Shown: positions 1 to 14,042 of the stretch, in pieces
Numbering within the stretch: position 1 is the first letter of the stretch
How the letters are laid out: each line of letters opens with the position of its first letter
Assembly (NCBI GenBank): GCA_973895155.1
Contig: OZ316893.1
Coordinates: 27,164,110 to 27,228,109, forward strand
Source of the DNA: Marsupella aquatica
Lineage: Eukaryota > Plantae > Marchantiophyta
Direction of reading: 5' to 3'
Length of the DNA stretch: 64,000 nucleotides
The notes under the pieces: generated by a model
What the model was told of the DNA's origin: nothing
Database searches by the model: none
Seen by the model: the letters and a program-made list of their open reading frames with translations, nothing else
Made by a program: the position numbers and the translations under genes

Positions 1-90
1 CACAAATTATCAAGGAGAGAAAAAATGCCAAGGGTGAGAAAAAATGTCAAGTGAGAATAAAATATAGTGGTAAGATAAAGATGTCAAATT
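1..90 (+). repeat. End of another array of the same ~21-bp degenerate minisatellite
   Basis: ATGCCAAGGGTGAGAAAAAATGTCAAGTGAGAA matches the units at 47430-48390. Confidence 0.65.
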
Positions 91-359
91 AGTTCACACT
101 TTTTTATTAAGGATAGGGTATTATAGTGGTAAAAAATAATAGAGGGAGTAACACTTCATGTAGGGATGGCTTACTATGCATGGATGGTACCAAAAGGACT
201 CTAGTTGACAGCCCACTTTTTTTGCTTGGAAAAGAGCACCACCTTTTCCCTTCACACTAAATGTAATTAAATTTTTGTCTATTCCTTCTCTTTGTCAGCC
301 CCTGCAAATGCAAATGACCATCACTCTATAAAACAGCAGGGCGTTGTATTATAGTTCTT

Positions 360-800
360 GATAACTAATCTTGATGAAAAGCTAATCCTTATGAAAAGCT
401 GGAATTGGGGTCTACTGTAGGTGTTTAGAGTGAAACCTCTAGACACACCTCTAGACACTACTATCTATATAACTAATCTTGATGAGAAACTAAAGTGAAA
501 GCTTCTAGAGTGAAACCTCATATAAGATAATCTTGATGAGAAACAAAAGTGAAAGTTTCTAGAGTGAAGCCTCTAGACAAAGACTCTAGGGGCCATCCAA
601 ATTTATGCAGATGGAAAAATAGAAAGATGTCATATATGTCAAATTGATATCATGCATGATGAGTTTTTATCATGATTTTTTTTGACATGATAAATTATAT
701 GCATCAAAATGATGATCATATTTTTGACATGATAAATTATATGCATCAAAATGATGATCATATTGACATGAGATATTATGTATGTCAAAATGCTCGTGTC
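360..800. repeat. Composite short-repeat region, probably part of a non-autonomous element family
   Basis: Repeated TAATCTTGATGAGAAAC and CTAGAGTGAAACCTCTAGA motifs, plus a duplicated TGACATGATAAATTATATGCATCAAAATGATGATCATA. A related motif appears inverted at 53807-53836. Confidence 0.6.
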
Positions 801-2059
801 AATAGAGGTGAAGATCTTAATTTAGGGGTAGGAGAATCTCTATAATCAATTGTAATTTATTCATGATTCATGATCGCGGTTCTTTGTAGATATACTTCAA
901 GTAGATATGATCCATAAGGCTTTTGAATAAATAATCAATAGTCACTGCTCCATTGTGGAAAGTGAAACGATCTTGCAAGGGGGGCTCGATCCGCTCATTT
1001 GTTTCATCGCCTCTCGAAGTGCAGCGTGCAGCTATTTATGACATTTTGAGTAAGCAATGAAGAGTATGATTTAGTATAGATGTTAAATGAATTTTAAAAC
1101 ATTCACGAAGATGTATTGGTCAGATTGCAAAAGCTGTTGCCTCAAGGTTTTCATATGTTGGGTTGGACCAAACGGATGAAATACCGAAAAATGTCAATAC
1201 TACTGACCGATTAGATGGCGCTTGCAGCTGTTTGCCATGTTGCCTCTCCTGAGGCACATCACAATATCATTCCACTATGACAGCAATGAAATTCCATACC
1301 TAGCCAGAAGTTTGAAGTAACATGGTGGGGTAGGGTTAAACCCTAAACCCCAAACTCTTGCATAAGAAACTGGACCACCAGGCTTTGAAAAGCTCCAGGC
1401 GCATACTTATGACATTGAGACAGTACGTACCCTTAGTGCTTGAATCACACATCTTCAGATTCTTTGCCAATTACAACGTGAGGGGACTAGGAGGGCGAAT
1501 CGAAAATACTCTAAAACTAAAACGTTTCCCACACTTGAGCCTTCACAAGAAACACTAATCTCGATTTCGTAGTAACTGTCTTAAACTTATTACGAGACAT
1601 ATCGAAAAATTGTTCAATGGCGAAGGTTTCAGTAATGCTAGTCCCGCACCATTCTGAACACCAACAGAACATATATCAGGATTAGTTAGTTGGCCCGAGT
1701 ACTGTTTACCAGCTGTACAATTCAGTTTTAAAGATGAAAGAAATAATATCCCCACGAATGCATCCATCAGAATGTTCTGAGAAGGCAGTTGGGCAGCACA
1801 TCACTTCCGCATCAGCTCCAAATACAAGAAGGGAAAGTAACTGCAGTTTTATCAAAGTTGACTAAGCAACGGTGATTACCTTGAAAAACATGAAGTTTAT
1901 TTGGTGTGCCCATCCCAGAACTCGATCGTTGACACGCTAAACAGTGAGAGCAATTGTGGCTTGTACCAACTTCTCCAGACTTTGCAGTACACAAAATCTC
2001 ACTTCTGTCAAAAGATCAGAAGGCCCATAAACTCGTACCCGGAATTTTTCAGAAATCTT

Positions 2060-4053
2060 TTACGTAGCCGCAGCTACCTCTGGAACCTTTTGAGGCTTTC
2101 TATTCAGGTAACGAATGACAGCATCCTCCACCCTGCACAAAAAGGATTCCGACCATGACATGAATGTTACAACTCAAACGCAATCAGCTGATAAACAACA
2201 CGAGAGAAAACGAGCTAATTGTAAAACGGCAGTCTCATTCATTCACAAGGGAGAAGTAGAAATGATGAGAGGTCATATCGACCACAACTTTTCAGCAACT
2301 ATACACTTGACCGGACCGACTAGGAAACTAGTGTAGTCCTCTGTAAATTCCCTTAAGGTCTAACAAACGATGAATTAATGCCCGGGAAAGCTGCGGCAAG
2401 GACTTGCTTCCACGAACAGACACAGCATTGAATTGACGTGATTTTAGATCCAACTGACTGTAATGGGCCAGGAGACACACACAGTGTGGCAGCGGTTAAT
2501 AGAGAAACCAAAAGCCAACCCTGAAGTACCAACGGAGAGAGAAGAAGAGGATACCAAGGTTGATTGTAAAAGTCGGAGCGGCGCTCCTTTTCAGCATTCC
2601 GGCTCCCTTGACCGGCAACCATCTTGAGATCCCGGCTTTGAGACGCAATGAGTCCGTTGATGAAATCAACTGGGGAGTGACTGAAGCCCAGGAAGAAGGC
2701 TCGTCGCTTCCGATGCTCGTTTATCTTGGCAATGGAACTACATATGGACTCGTCGTACATGTCGATGTCACGGTGCTTCTCGACATTCTGCAGAAATGCG
2801 TTCATTTCTTTTTGAAGGGGGGCAGGGATGTCGACCTGGACGTCATAGCACGCATTGCCGACAGGCATCTTACCAGACAATTTGACGGTGTGCTCAAGCA
2901 CTATCGGTGGAGGGGGTGACAAATGGTGATGGAGCTTCTGCGAAACGAATGAAAACTTTATCCTGTCTTCGCCTAAGATTTTGTGGAGAGTAGGATCACA
3001 ATTGATGATCGTAGGATCCGACGGGTTCTGCAGCTTCTTGGCTTTGATATATTGCCACAGAGCTGCGATAATTCTGGGCCTCGTATCCACTTCAATACCC
3101 AGCATCTCAGACAGAGATGCAGAAAGTTTGTACCTCTCCGGTGAGTAGTTCATTTCAAGCCGGATGTAGACCTTGAACTCTTGGTCCCCTTTCCTCTTTA
3201 TCTCGAACCCTTCCACGTGTGACTGTGCCCTTGCCACATCCCAGACTATGGTCTGATTGTCTGGATACAAATTGCGATCTAGTTGGAATGTAATTCTTTT
3301 GAAAAACGACGAGAACTTGGGGGTATTCGATGGCTGGAGAAGCTGCTGCTGCGGCTGCTGAATTGCCGCTCCATGGAGCGCTTCCGACTCTGCGTCGTCC
3401 TCCAGAATCTTGCCCATGATACGGAGAGTCCAAGATGGTGGGTCCGCCATGTATTGTTGCAAATGCTGGGCTTGCTGGGCGGACATCTCCTTGTGGATTT
3501 GATTGTTGTAGGTGTTGAAAACATATATCCGCAGAGTCTTTAACAGCCGAGCTGGCGCACGAACAGCATCCTGAATGTCGAGCTTTTTCCTTTGCAAGGC
3601 TGCGTCCACCCTTTTCTCGAACTCCAGCAGCTGCGTGTACAGAGCTGACTCGGGGAGCAGCGCTGCAACCCTGTCCGGTATCTGCTTCTCGGGTGCCTTT
3701 CGCTTCTTTCTGCGGGCCGATGGGGCGGCTTCACCGATCTTGTATGAAGAGCCTCCAACTCCACCGATACTCCCACCACCACTTCCTCCTCCTCCTCCTC
3801 CTCCGGAATTTGGTACTGGCCTCCCTCTCCCTCGCTTCCCCACTCCGCCTCCTCCACTTCCTCCTCCACTTCCAGGAGTACCTATACTAGCTGCCACTGC
3901 TGCGGCTCCTACAGCACTAGGCCCTCCCGCTCCAATCGCTCCTCCCGGTCCCCCACCTGCTGGGCTCATAAACTGTGCTCCCACGCCATCCCCTCTTCCC
4001 CCTCCTATTACACCACCTCCTCCAGGTCCACTACCTCCCCCTCCTCCTTGCAT
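2060..4053 (-). CDS. SWP73: SWI/SNF chromatin-remodelling complex subunit SWP73/BAF60 (SNF12 homolog, SWIB domain); exons 4053-2555 and 2132-2060
   Basis: The ORF has RRKKRK..EKQIPDRVAALLPESALYTQLLEFE, the SWIB domain (TRPRIIAALWQYIKAKKLQNPSDP) and RRAFFLGFS..F..LIASQSRDL. The ORF-track tail after FYNQPW is intron (TG|GTAT donor at 2554). The true last exon starts after TGCAG at 2132 and reads VEDAVIRYLNRKPQKVPEVAAAT*. The N-terminus is Gly-rich. Confidence 0.95.
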
Positions 4054-5115
4054 CCCTCTATCCTGACTGACTGCCCTACAAACCCTAATGTACTATTCGC
4101 TCGATAGAGTCGAAGCAGGCCCGCTCGTAAGGTCAAATCGCAAGACCTCAGCAGGCTAAACACCGTAACCCACCGATAAAACGACCACCGCGCAAGCCTC
4201 CAAACTCAATCACACTACGATTCCCCAACCAGCGCGTCGACGGATAGGGATTCAACAATGTCAAAAACCACACACACTCAACCTCCGCCCATGCGACACC
4301 GAACCACCCAACGGCACCCGAACGCATCAAGCAATCAATCGCATGCCGCCGATAACCTCAGGAGCACGAACCGGTGAATTTCCGCGTCAGGCGATATATA
4401 TGTCACGACAACGCCTTGCCCAGCCTCACCAGGCCTCGGCGAAAATGACGATGATGGACAGCATTGTACGAGAAAACAGCACACAACAGCAAAAATACCA
4501 CAACCCCAACAAGCACCACCACTGAAATCAATCGCCTCAAAACCCTTCCGATGCTTGATTCGGCATTTCGTTCTATTCCTCCTTCTCCGCCACTTCTTCT
4601 TCCCTGCCACCACGTCCCTAAAGCCTTTTCTTGATGACTTTCTCGAGACAATCTCCACCTCTCCGGCCTCACTCACTCTCGAATACTCATATCACACGTC
4701 CAAGTTCTTCGAGCTTCGAGACAAACACAGGTCCAAGCTCTTCGAGCTTCGAGACAAAGGATACTACTACTCTGCCTCGCCCTTCGTGCTTCGATGTTAT
4801 TATTAGCCGCTCCCTCGATGTTGGACGCGACCAAGCCACCCCGAGGCGGTTCACCCTAATTAGCCTTATCTCCTAATTAGTTTAAGTCTCTAATTGATGT
4901 TGGTAGTCCTAGAGTGAGAATTTGAATAAAAATAACATTAAGTGCGGTAGGTTTATAGGCTAAGATTATTCAGGGTTAGAATGCCCTCAACTTTGTTGCC
5001 CCACTCTTGATTTGTGTTTACTTTTCTGGCAAATATTGTAGTCCTCTTGAAGCTACTTTCCCTATTTTTTTACACTATTGATCTTGGGTGTATGAAAGAC
5101 GCTTTGTTCTCTATG

Positions 5116-5474
5116 TGTCAGACATTTATTCTTAGGGTTAGAGTTACGATTGCAACCATAATTAGGCTAACCTCAGCTGCAAACTAGGTTAAGTTAGTTG
5201 TGTTGCACACTAAATAGACAAGCAAGTTGTTGCTTTTGAGAAAGGACTCAGGCTCGTTGTTATCAAGTAAGTTTAGAGATAGGGATAACTTGTATTGTGG
5301 AGACTAGATATACCCAATGGGCCTAGAATGCAGTGCAGCTCTTGTCGGTTCATGTGAATGTAACCTTAGCTGAAGTGAACCCCATATTTCTCCGTGTCGA
5401 CTATTTGTTCATTGAACGTTCATGGGCATATCGTTGTGAATGTTGTACTTGGTCGTTCGAGTCCCTAGCTGTCA
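5116..5474 (+). mobile_element. Old LTR-like remnant related to 47926-48268
   Basis: Shared blocks GTTACGAT..AACCATA.TTAGGCTAACC, TGCACACTA, GTTCATGTG and AAGTGAACC. The right boundary is uncertain. Confidence 0.55.
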
Positions 5475-8248
5475 AAGGTGAGAGAGCAATGCCTTTCCAA
5501 ATGTGCAATAGAACCCTCTTACTATTGCTTGTATGAAGTAGTAGTCTTTGGAAAGTGATCTCCTAATAGTTCTATGTACAGGTGGAATTAGTAGTATCCT
5601 TACTCTCCAAATAGTGTTATGCACAAAGAAAATTAGTTTTACATTAATGTTACTTAATGTATGCACTATTAGTGTTAGTCCATATTAACATTGGTAATGG
5701 TAATTGAAGAGTAAACCCAAAAATGTTAGGTTACATAAATAGGGTTACCAAGACTAATTGAAGTGAAGAGTGTAGAGCTCTAATTGCACAGTGGAGAGCT
5801 CTGGACAGATTGCAAAGTTTGCAGGGGCTGTATATTCAGTTAGACGGGCTGGGTGTAAGGGCATTGCGGGTACACATTATTCAATTGGGGGGATAAATGT
5901 ATACAAGGACCTGGGATATTCCTTATTAATGGGATAAGAAATGCCTCCCAATGATACGGTCTCCTTGCGCAAGAGTATATTTGTGAGGGCCTCCCCATGT
6001 ACGTGGGGAGACAAACATGTTATTGTGAGTCCAAGGCCAGGGATGGATCGTATATGTCAGTGGAGAGGGGAGCAATAACGAAAATAGTTTTAAATTGAGT
6101 CTTTGTCATCACGACAAGCAAGCAAACAAAAATCACAATCTTTTTCGTCCCCTCCTTTGTCTGGTGTTACATATGTATCTCATGTTGGAGTTTGGGAACT
6201 TGGTGATGTGATATTGTGATAGTTTGGGGCTGACTTCTACTAGGCTCTTCAGTTTACAGATAAATAGGGTTTAGGGTTTTGTTTCTTTGGCTTTTCTTGC
6301 CTTGGGCTTCTGCCCTGGTCTTTCTGGATTTTTGGCCTTTTTCATATTTGTCCCTTGATTGAGGTGTTTTGCTTCTGGGATCATGTCTCCCGGATGGGAG
6401 CTTTTTGTTTCTCGGCAGTTCGATAGATACATAGATTCACAGCATAAAAAACATTCAACAGAAATCCTCACTCAGAATCATTGAGAAATCATCCCATACA
6501 ATCACATTATTGGAATTGTCTCGTGGCATGCTGGTGACCAATTCGATCAGCATACACAGTTGTGTAGGATGGAATTCTGAATTTCAGTTTTCCCTTTAAG
6601 ATACTCTAATTTCAAGTGTGCAGTGACACAAGAGGCATATCTGTTTTCTTTCCACACATGGTAAGACTCAGGCTAGGCAATGGTGAGTTCAGCTTCGTTT
6701 GTTATGTTAGCATGCATGCAAGGTAGAGGTGACGAAGTCTTCCACCCATCTTCAACTCTCACATCGTTGAGGGAGAACTTTGGTCAACATGCAACAAGGC
6801 CCTGGCTGGGAGGAAACGAACAAGGTCAGGCAAGCCGAAGATGATCTTTAGGGCTCTAGTGGGATGCACCTGCGGTTGTAGCACTTGCTGTTTGCGGAGA
6901 AAATCATGCACCTCTTAAGATCCGGGGAGCAGCATACTGTCATGGAGATTCACTAATTGACCAACCGACCTTGCAGCAGAGAGATGAAAAAATGCAGAAT
7001 TCCTCAACAACTGTACCAAATGGAGCATCGGGTGGCACGCACACTCCACAACACCAGTTCGTAACAAAATTGGAAAGGAATTGAACAGAAAGCAAAATCA
7101 AACGAACAGAACCGCACTGGGGCAGACGTTTCATTTCTGGAATCCCAACATTGCGCAATGTAGATCCACAAGCTAGATCAAAAGTAAACACGATATCCAC
7201 AATTTTATCCATTGACATGACCGCACATTATATTTTGGTAACTAAAGTAACTAAACCAAATATCTCGTTGACACCATTAGTTTGTCGTGATTATCCACGA
7301 CAAACTAAATTCTTCACAGTTAATTATAGTTATTGGGCTAGTTTACAACTCCACTAACTTTGGTTGGGGGACCCTTTGTCGACTACTGTAGTTAGTCCAG
7401 GCAATCTTCTTTTAACAGAGTCAATTGGTAATGTAAAATGTAAGATTAATATCGAAATTAAGGCAGAGGGGGCTGAAACCATTCAAGGAAAGGGAAGGCC
7501 CCAGGACCACGCAATTGAACAAACATCTGAATGACACCCAATAACCAACTACAGACTGGAAAGCAGCTGCTTGGATATAAGCTCATGCTGCCTTAGTCGT
7601 TGCCCACCAGTGGCTCATCCGCATCCAAGAGACTTCAGGAAAGAGAATTTCTGGGAAAGCCCTACATGTGCCCTTTTTGAGATATTTCGTTCCCGTCCAT
7701 GATTGGTCGAAAGCTCCTTATAGTGGTGTTCAAGAAAGCATTGGGAAGGAAATTTCTACTATCCACGGTTGCTCTAATAACATTTTATCTGCTGGCAACC
7801 TGTAAATGGCCTGTGCGAAAATTGTACCTCTCACCTCACGTTACGACAAAAAAACCCGAGTCGAGGATTCCAGATGCAATGTTTTCCGTTGACACTTAAA
7901 ATTCTGCTCAATTTTAAATTGTCTCCAGTAATCGACCAGAAAGGTATATGAGGTAGCAAACCCAGCCTTGACTCAGTTGGCAAATGATTACAGGCAGTTT
8001 TTTATATTTGAGGATGGCTGGAATAGGAGTGTGTAGTAAGCTCTCTATCTTTTTCAAAGAAACTCCCGTGCAAACTGATCTCTGCCGCTTTTCAACCAAC
8101 ACCTTGACCGGAACATTCTGTGAGCATAACGTGGCACATGCCTGGATCAGGCCTTACTCTCACAGTAGAATGTTTGACTGTAATGCGTATTCAAACATTC
8201 TTGATATTGCAAAACTGAAGTGACAATTCACACATTGTCTACTCAACC

Positions 8249-11200
8249 TTAGTCAACCTGCTCAAAACCATAGGAGATCACCTCTTCCTCAATGTTCAAA
8301 ATCTCCTCTACTTCTACTTCTTCAGCCTCATAATCTTCCTCCTCGTCGCTGGGCTCACCGTCCCTCAACTCTTGGCGGTAAGGTTTCTCCTCCTCGTGCA
8401 GGGCCTTCCACTGGTTCGTCCAGCTCTTCCATTCATCCATCAATTTCCGCCTATTTTCCAAGTCTTGTGCCCCTTGGTAGTTCGACATTTCCTGATCTTC
8501 GACCTCGTACTTCTTGCTGTATTTTCTCAAGTTCTTGGCAATCTCAGCGTCCTCCTCAGCGCTGAGCAGTGAAGGCGGCCGCGGGCGCCACAAAAACTGC
8601 CAAAAAAACGCACTCAGTACATTTGTAGGTATTCGATGTGCCAGAAGGTTCAAGAAGAACATCTGATACAATGTTTACAATGTCAGTATTTGAAATCAAA
8701 AGTTCTCGGTCAATGTAAGTTCATAGTGTTACCTGGAAAAAACGCTCCCTTGGTAGCCGGTACAAGAGCTTCCCATTGAATGACCAGATGTTGAACCCAT
8801 TTTCCATCTGGTGCACTGAGGTCACGGATGTAGAAACAAATCTGCGCAAATCAAAAGCTTCAGGTCAGTCTAAAATGAAGTTTTCCGTGTAAGCGGAATC
8901 TTGCAAAACGATAGGGGGAAAGAAGACAGAAGCATTTCCATTCCAACCGTGCTACAAAGGCATCAAACCAGAAAGTAACTTGCCTGCCAGTGGGATCCCA
9001 GTCAACATCTGTAGCCATGAAGTGCTCAGCAGTTGCCATGGTCTCCAGCTCGTCGACATTGTAAAACTCAAGCTGTCCATTGTAAGCTTTCAAGCCAGCT
9101 AGAACAATGAATCTGCCAATAGGAGACCAATACAGAGCATTGGCCTGCTTGCCCTTGAGGGTAGTTAGCTTAGTCACCCGCCCAACATTATTAGGACTTC
9201 TCATAGAGTAAAAGCTGATGTCGGGTCGTGGACCGTCCCCATGAATGATCGCGAATCTGTGTCCCTTCGGCTCCCAAGAGAAAGCGACAATCTTGTCATT
9301 CTTGTTCTCAAGTTCTAATACCTCAATTGGGATATCCCTTTCTTTGATATGGAACAACTCGAAACCAGTGTACGTGCTCTTCTTGGTTTTGGTGTAACGA
9401 TCGACCTTGACTGCAAGGTAATCGCCATTGCTTTGCCAGTACATCTTGCAGTCACTAACAGAGAACAGATTTTTCTGCCTGAGCTCTTCCCTGCTTGGGA
9501 TCGAGACTAAACTAACCTGTTACAGATACAAACAGAAAATAAGAACGTTGATTGCAGTGAAGATTGATAGATGGTTACGAGGGTTAGATGAATATCTGCA
9601 CCCAAGACAGGACTTCCTGCAGTTGTGTCAGCGCGTCGAGGCTGAAGGGCCTCTCAATGTGTAATGGCTTACTCAAAACCACTCGTACAAATTCCACATA
9701 CTTCTCTCTCGATGAGATTGAACCAATTCCCGACAAAACTACAATCACGAGGGGAACAAATAAGCAAAAAATCAAAACTACCCTTATCACGATATGAAAT
9801 GCACAGCTTACCCTAGCAGGCTGATTTCCACCACCGCCCTCAGGGACAAAGAGAGACAAGAGAGGGTCTGTAGGAGACCACTGGAAATCAAGAACATTGT
9901 CAACCTTGAGACTCTTCTTCTCAAGTAGCCCCATTGTTTCGGTCTCGTAGACACTGATAGCATTCTTTCCAATTCGAGCGAAGTACTTGTCCTCACGACC
10001 CCCAGCCCATCTGCAAAGTCACGCAAGCATCAGGAGTTGCACAATTTAACCTTGAAATTAATCTCTTGAAAATCTAAATCAAAAACCCTCCACCCCAACA
10101 GTTCAGAATTCCTGTGATCAAGGGCAGATCCAGCAAATAACTTGACTGGAGAAGAAGATGTTCGACAGAAGATTCGAAAGATGCCCCAACATCACAACAG
10201 GATTGGAAACCAACCTAAAGACGGGCCAAGACACTCCTGCCGCACCACCAGTTCCACCTGTGGCAAAATCATCCGCACTTCCCTTGAACTCTCTGAGAAC
10301 CTTTCCACTTCGGACATCAAAGATATTCAAGGTCACCCTCTGCAATGAGATTCACAGTTTAAATCTCAGATACAATTCTCTCCAATGTCAAAACCTCCAT
10401 CACGCCCCGTTCAGTAACAGAGCTCAAATTCATCACTCTCGCAACCATCATCGTGCTAATCAACTCATACTTCCTTTAAAGCCCTAATTTGAAGGAGTGC
10501 CTCGTGACTTCCACCTTCGAGTAAAGTTCAACCGCGTAAGTGAGGAGGACTAAACTAAGTACCTGGGTGTCTCTAGGATTACTGGGTTCGTGACTGCTGT
10601 ACGTGACCATATATTTCTCTCCAGGAGAAAAATCGATCAATTTCACCTGCCGATAATTGCAACGTTAATATCCAACCTCAAAATCGTAAGCCAAAACCTA
10701 GATAACAATTTTGGCCATAATGCTCGGTGCATTGATGCATCACAGATGGGTGTAAATAGACAGTACAGACACTAGAGCCCCGGATTAGTACTTCAGAGCT
10801 TCAATTAACCCTTGCAATGACGATGATTGATTTCCGATCGCTTGACTGATTTAGAGCAGGACAGACGTCTTTCTTTCTTGTCTTGTGAGGTGTTCTCGAA
10901 GCTCACACTGACACACATGCTGACATACATTGTAACAACTGTAGACAAAAACATCAAATAGGTGGGAGAGTGCGCCAAAAATGTAATGCAGACCTGGGGA
11001 TGAATGTATCGCATGAGTCGGTTAAAAGTTTGCGCACCTCCCCACACGGCAGCTCCCTGCCTATGAATAGTAGCCAAGTAGGTACCCAAGGGTGACCACT
11101 GGACAAAGCTTTCCGTCCAAAACTGCATAAAAGAGAACATTGAATCAAGACCCAAACGAAGGGGAAATGGAATCAGCTTGTAGGTATTTCACAAGATCAG

Positions 11201-12755
11201 CAAGATTACCAGAAACACAGGAAATTATCCCATGCAGGGGCACACGTGATGCTCTACAAATGAAAGAAGCCACTGGGTGAGGCCAATATGCAGACAATGC
11301 ACACAGATCCCTCGTCGCTTTACGTTCACCCAGCTCGAACAAAGTCCACGCGCAATTTTGATAAAGAACAGCCATCACTCTTCTGCCTGGCACCCAAAAC
11401 AGAGATCCGAGGACAGAAGGTAACTGCAACCGAAACAAAGAGGCCTAAGTTACCTGGCGCTGGTACACAGGGTCAGGTTTTCCCTGACGATGATCATTCC
11501 AGTACACCTCGGTATCGGATCCGAAACGGACAACGAACTGATCGCGACCACGGTCGTCGGTAAGCCATGCCAGCATATTTTCCTGTCCATAGTATCGAAG
11601 TAATATTGTGCGTCAGAATCGACAACTCTCTCCTCTTGTCAAGCAATGACAACTCTGAACATCGGCAGTTCAAGGCGTAATTGGAGGGAGCTCATTGGAA
11701 ACGAGAGATAACGAGAGACAACCAGACGTGCCACTGGGAGCTGAATATTTGCTTACCCCTGGCGCGTAAGGCTTGCTCTCTGGGGGAACCCATACATCAG
11801 GGACTCTCATGTACTTGTCAAAGTCGTCAAACATGTTCACACCGAACACGTGCGCCTTATCAAGCTTGTAGCCATTGGTCTGCTCTCGGGCAGTCTGAGC
11901 CTCCTGGGGAGTTGTATACTCGATGAAAGCGTAACCTTTCGTTGTCCCATTTCCATCGTCTTCCCTGGGCATCCACAGCCCATGCTCTCGGATGACGCCT
12001 ATCTGACCAAAAATTTTGCGGATAACGCCTTCTAATTTCTCAAACTTCTCCGGTGCCACCACGGGTAGATTGTCCACCACGATGACATTACCAAATCCGG
12101 TGTTCGTCTCCAAGATTTCCTCCTCGAAGTCGTCATCGTCACTGACATCCAGGAAACCCACATCTCAAGCTTGGCACGAGAGCCCAGAACTGACAGAGAG
12201 ACACCCTAATGAAAAAATCGAATGACAGGGGGGTACTGAGAACAGCCAGGGAGGAAACCCTGGATATTGAACGGAAGACACCTCAATAAGTAAAACGAGG
12301 GGATCTACAGAACCAGGGCGGACGAGAGGAACAAATGCAATACGCTAAACAACTGCAGATTGACCGGAGCCACCCAATGGCCAAATCAAGAGGATGTTGA
12401 AATTTCCGTAAGGGGAGGAAAGTAACACCAGGCCACAAACTCCTCGTCGATCTTGGGGAGTCTGTAACGCAGAGGCCACCGACGCCGATCACGACATAAG
12501 CTACCCTCACCTCATCCCAGGACAGAGGGTACGAGCTCAATGGAACACGATGAGAACAAATACCGTAAAAAATAGAAAAACCCTAATTGAACACCTACCT
12601 TACCTCTTGATGCCGAAGTCTTCTCCCTCCGGCACCTCGATGGAATCCAAATCCACCTGCGACCAGTCGATGTTCACTTGCACTCTGGGCTCCTCGCGCA
12701 TGTCCGGGGCGAGGAGATTGTGCGGCGCCACAGGCGCCTCGGCCACATCCGCCAT
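8249..12755 (-). CDS. eIF3b: Eukaryotic translation initiation factor 3 subunit B (RRM + WD40 propeller); exons 12755-12604, 12141-11757, 11582-11454, 11122-10994, 10646-10563, 10339-10215, 10010-9812, 9516-8984, 8841-8733, 8596-8249
   Basis: Motifs: RRM (VIVVDNLPVV..EKFEKL; TKGYAFIEY), WTESFVQWSPLGTYLAT, YWQSNGDYLAVKVDR, WDPTGR, QFLWRPRPPSLL..IAKNLRKYSKKY. All ten exons join in frame using the splice sites I read. Confidence 0.96.
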
Positions 12756-13077
12756 GTTTGCAAAATCTCTTCCTCCTAGGAAGAAAAACTCGGGACGAAA
12801 ATCAGCACTCGACGCAACAGCAGCTGCGGCATAGAAATTCCCGAGTGAAGTCTCTCCCGGACATACGCAAGGAGTCTTCCAGTCCAGAGGTGACTCAATT
12901 TTTCGCACTGTGTCCAGTTGAATGAAATGCTCAATTTGTTCAATTCATGATCAATCTCCACACATTGTACTGAAGGTGTGAGAGCCCTTCTGTTGTAAGG
13001 AATGTAATTGCTTTCGTGCCCGGAGACTGTGTACGAATGAATTGTTGGAACGCTACTCACTCACACTAGAGAAGGCT

Positions 13078-13300
13078 CTTTCTCTATACTACATTCTTTG
13101 CATTCTTTACAGTATTTAGTCTCACTTCTCTATACTACACTCTTTAGAGTAGTCTCACACACTCTAATTACTGTTTAGTCTCACTTCTCTATACTAGAAT
13201 AGTCTCACTCTTTAGAGTAGTCTCACACACTCTAATTACTGTTTAGTCTCAATTCTCTATACTACACTCTTTAGAGTAGTCTCACACACTCTAATTACTC
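13078..13300. repeat. About 60-bp tandem repeat, roughly 3 copies, upstream of eIF3b
   Basis: Unit TTTAGTCTCACTTCTCTATACTACACTCTTTAGAGTAGTCTCACACACTCTAATTACTG. Confidence 0.85.
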
Positions 13301-13814
13301 TGACACGTTATATTTGAGGTAAGTGACGGTAATTAGGGTGTGTGACACTAATATAGTATGACACTCATTCTGGTCACAATACAAATAGTGTCACATACAC
13401 TTAAGTTAAAAAATATATAATGAACAATTCTAGTCAAAATTTGCTTATATTTTTTTTTTTAATATGCACAATATTTAATTATAGTTTACAAAATTTACTA
13501 CTCAAACATTGAGAAAACTTCAGAAACTGATAATTCCTTCCATATACTACCCAAACATTGAGCAAACTTCAAAAATTTATAACTCCTTCTCACATAACAC
13601 AAAATTGCAGTTCGGGTATTCACCCACACCGAGCAAACAAGATTTGTTTGATTCATTTCTATCAACTACAAATAACATATGCTATCTCACATAAGCTACA
13701 AACTAACATCCTTTTTACTCTCTTATAACCTGTCCCTTGTGTCTCATCCTTGCAAGACGGCATATAGCCCCAAGAGAAGCGGGTTGAGTTGGCTCTTCAC
13801 CTGGTTCACCAACA

Positions 13815-14042
13815 TCAAGGAATCCACGTTACACAAGCGGAGCTCACAGCCACCATAGCCACACTCGAGCTTCTCTCTCTCCAAGGCTCAACATCAAAAG
13901 ATGACCTTTTGATGCCTCATAAGGGAGAACTACTCTCCCACACAAACCTAATGGAACCCTATCGGCTCCAATAGCACACATACAAAATGTACATACTCAA
14001 CTAGCACTATATACTACAACAACATCTAGAATGGTGTGACAG
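13815..14042 (-). repeat. Inverted, diverged copy of the inter-LTR segment 21007-21232
   Basis: The reverse complement reads CTGTCACACCATTCTAG...GAGGCATCAAAAGGTCATCTTT...GAGCTCCGCTTGTGTAACGTGGATTCCTTGA, colinear with 21007-21232. Confidence 0.8.

Noticed and set aside
2353-2554. Hydrophobic C-terminal tail of the 566-aa ORF
   Set aside because: It is intron read-through. The conserved terminal exon is at 2132-2060.
3540-4066. Pro-rich and Glu-rich overlapping ORFs
   Set aside because: They are antisense or alternative-frame shadows of the Gly-rich SWP73 N-terminus.
6600-7900. Possible small gene between SWP73 and eIF3b
   Set aside because: Only short ORFs are present, with no recognisable domain or consistent exon chain.
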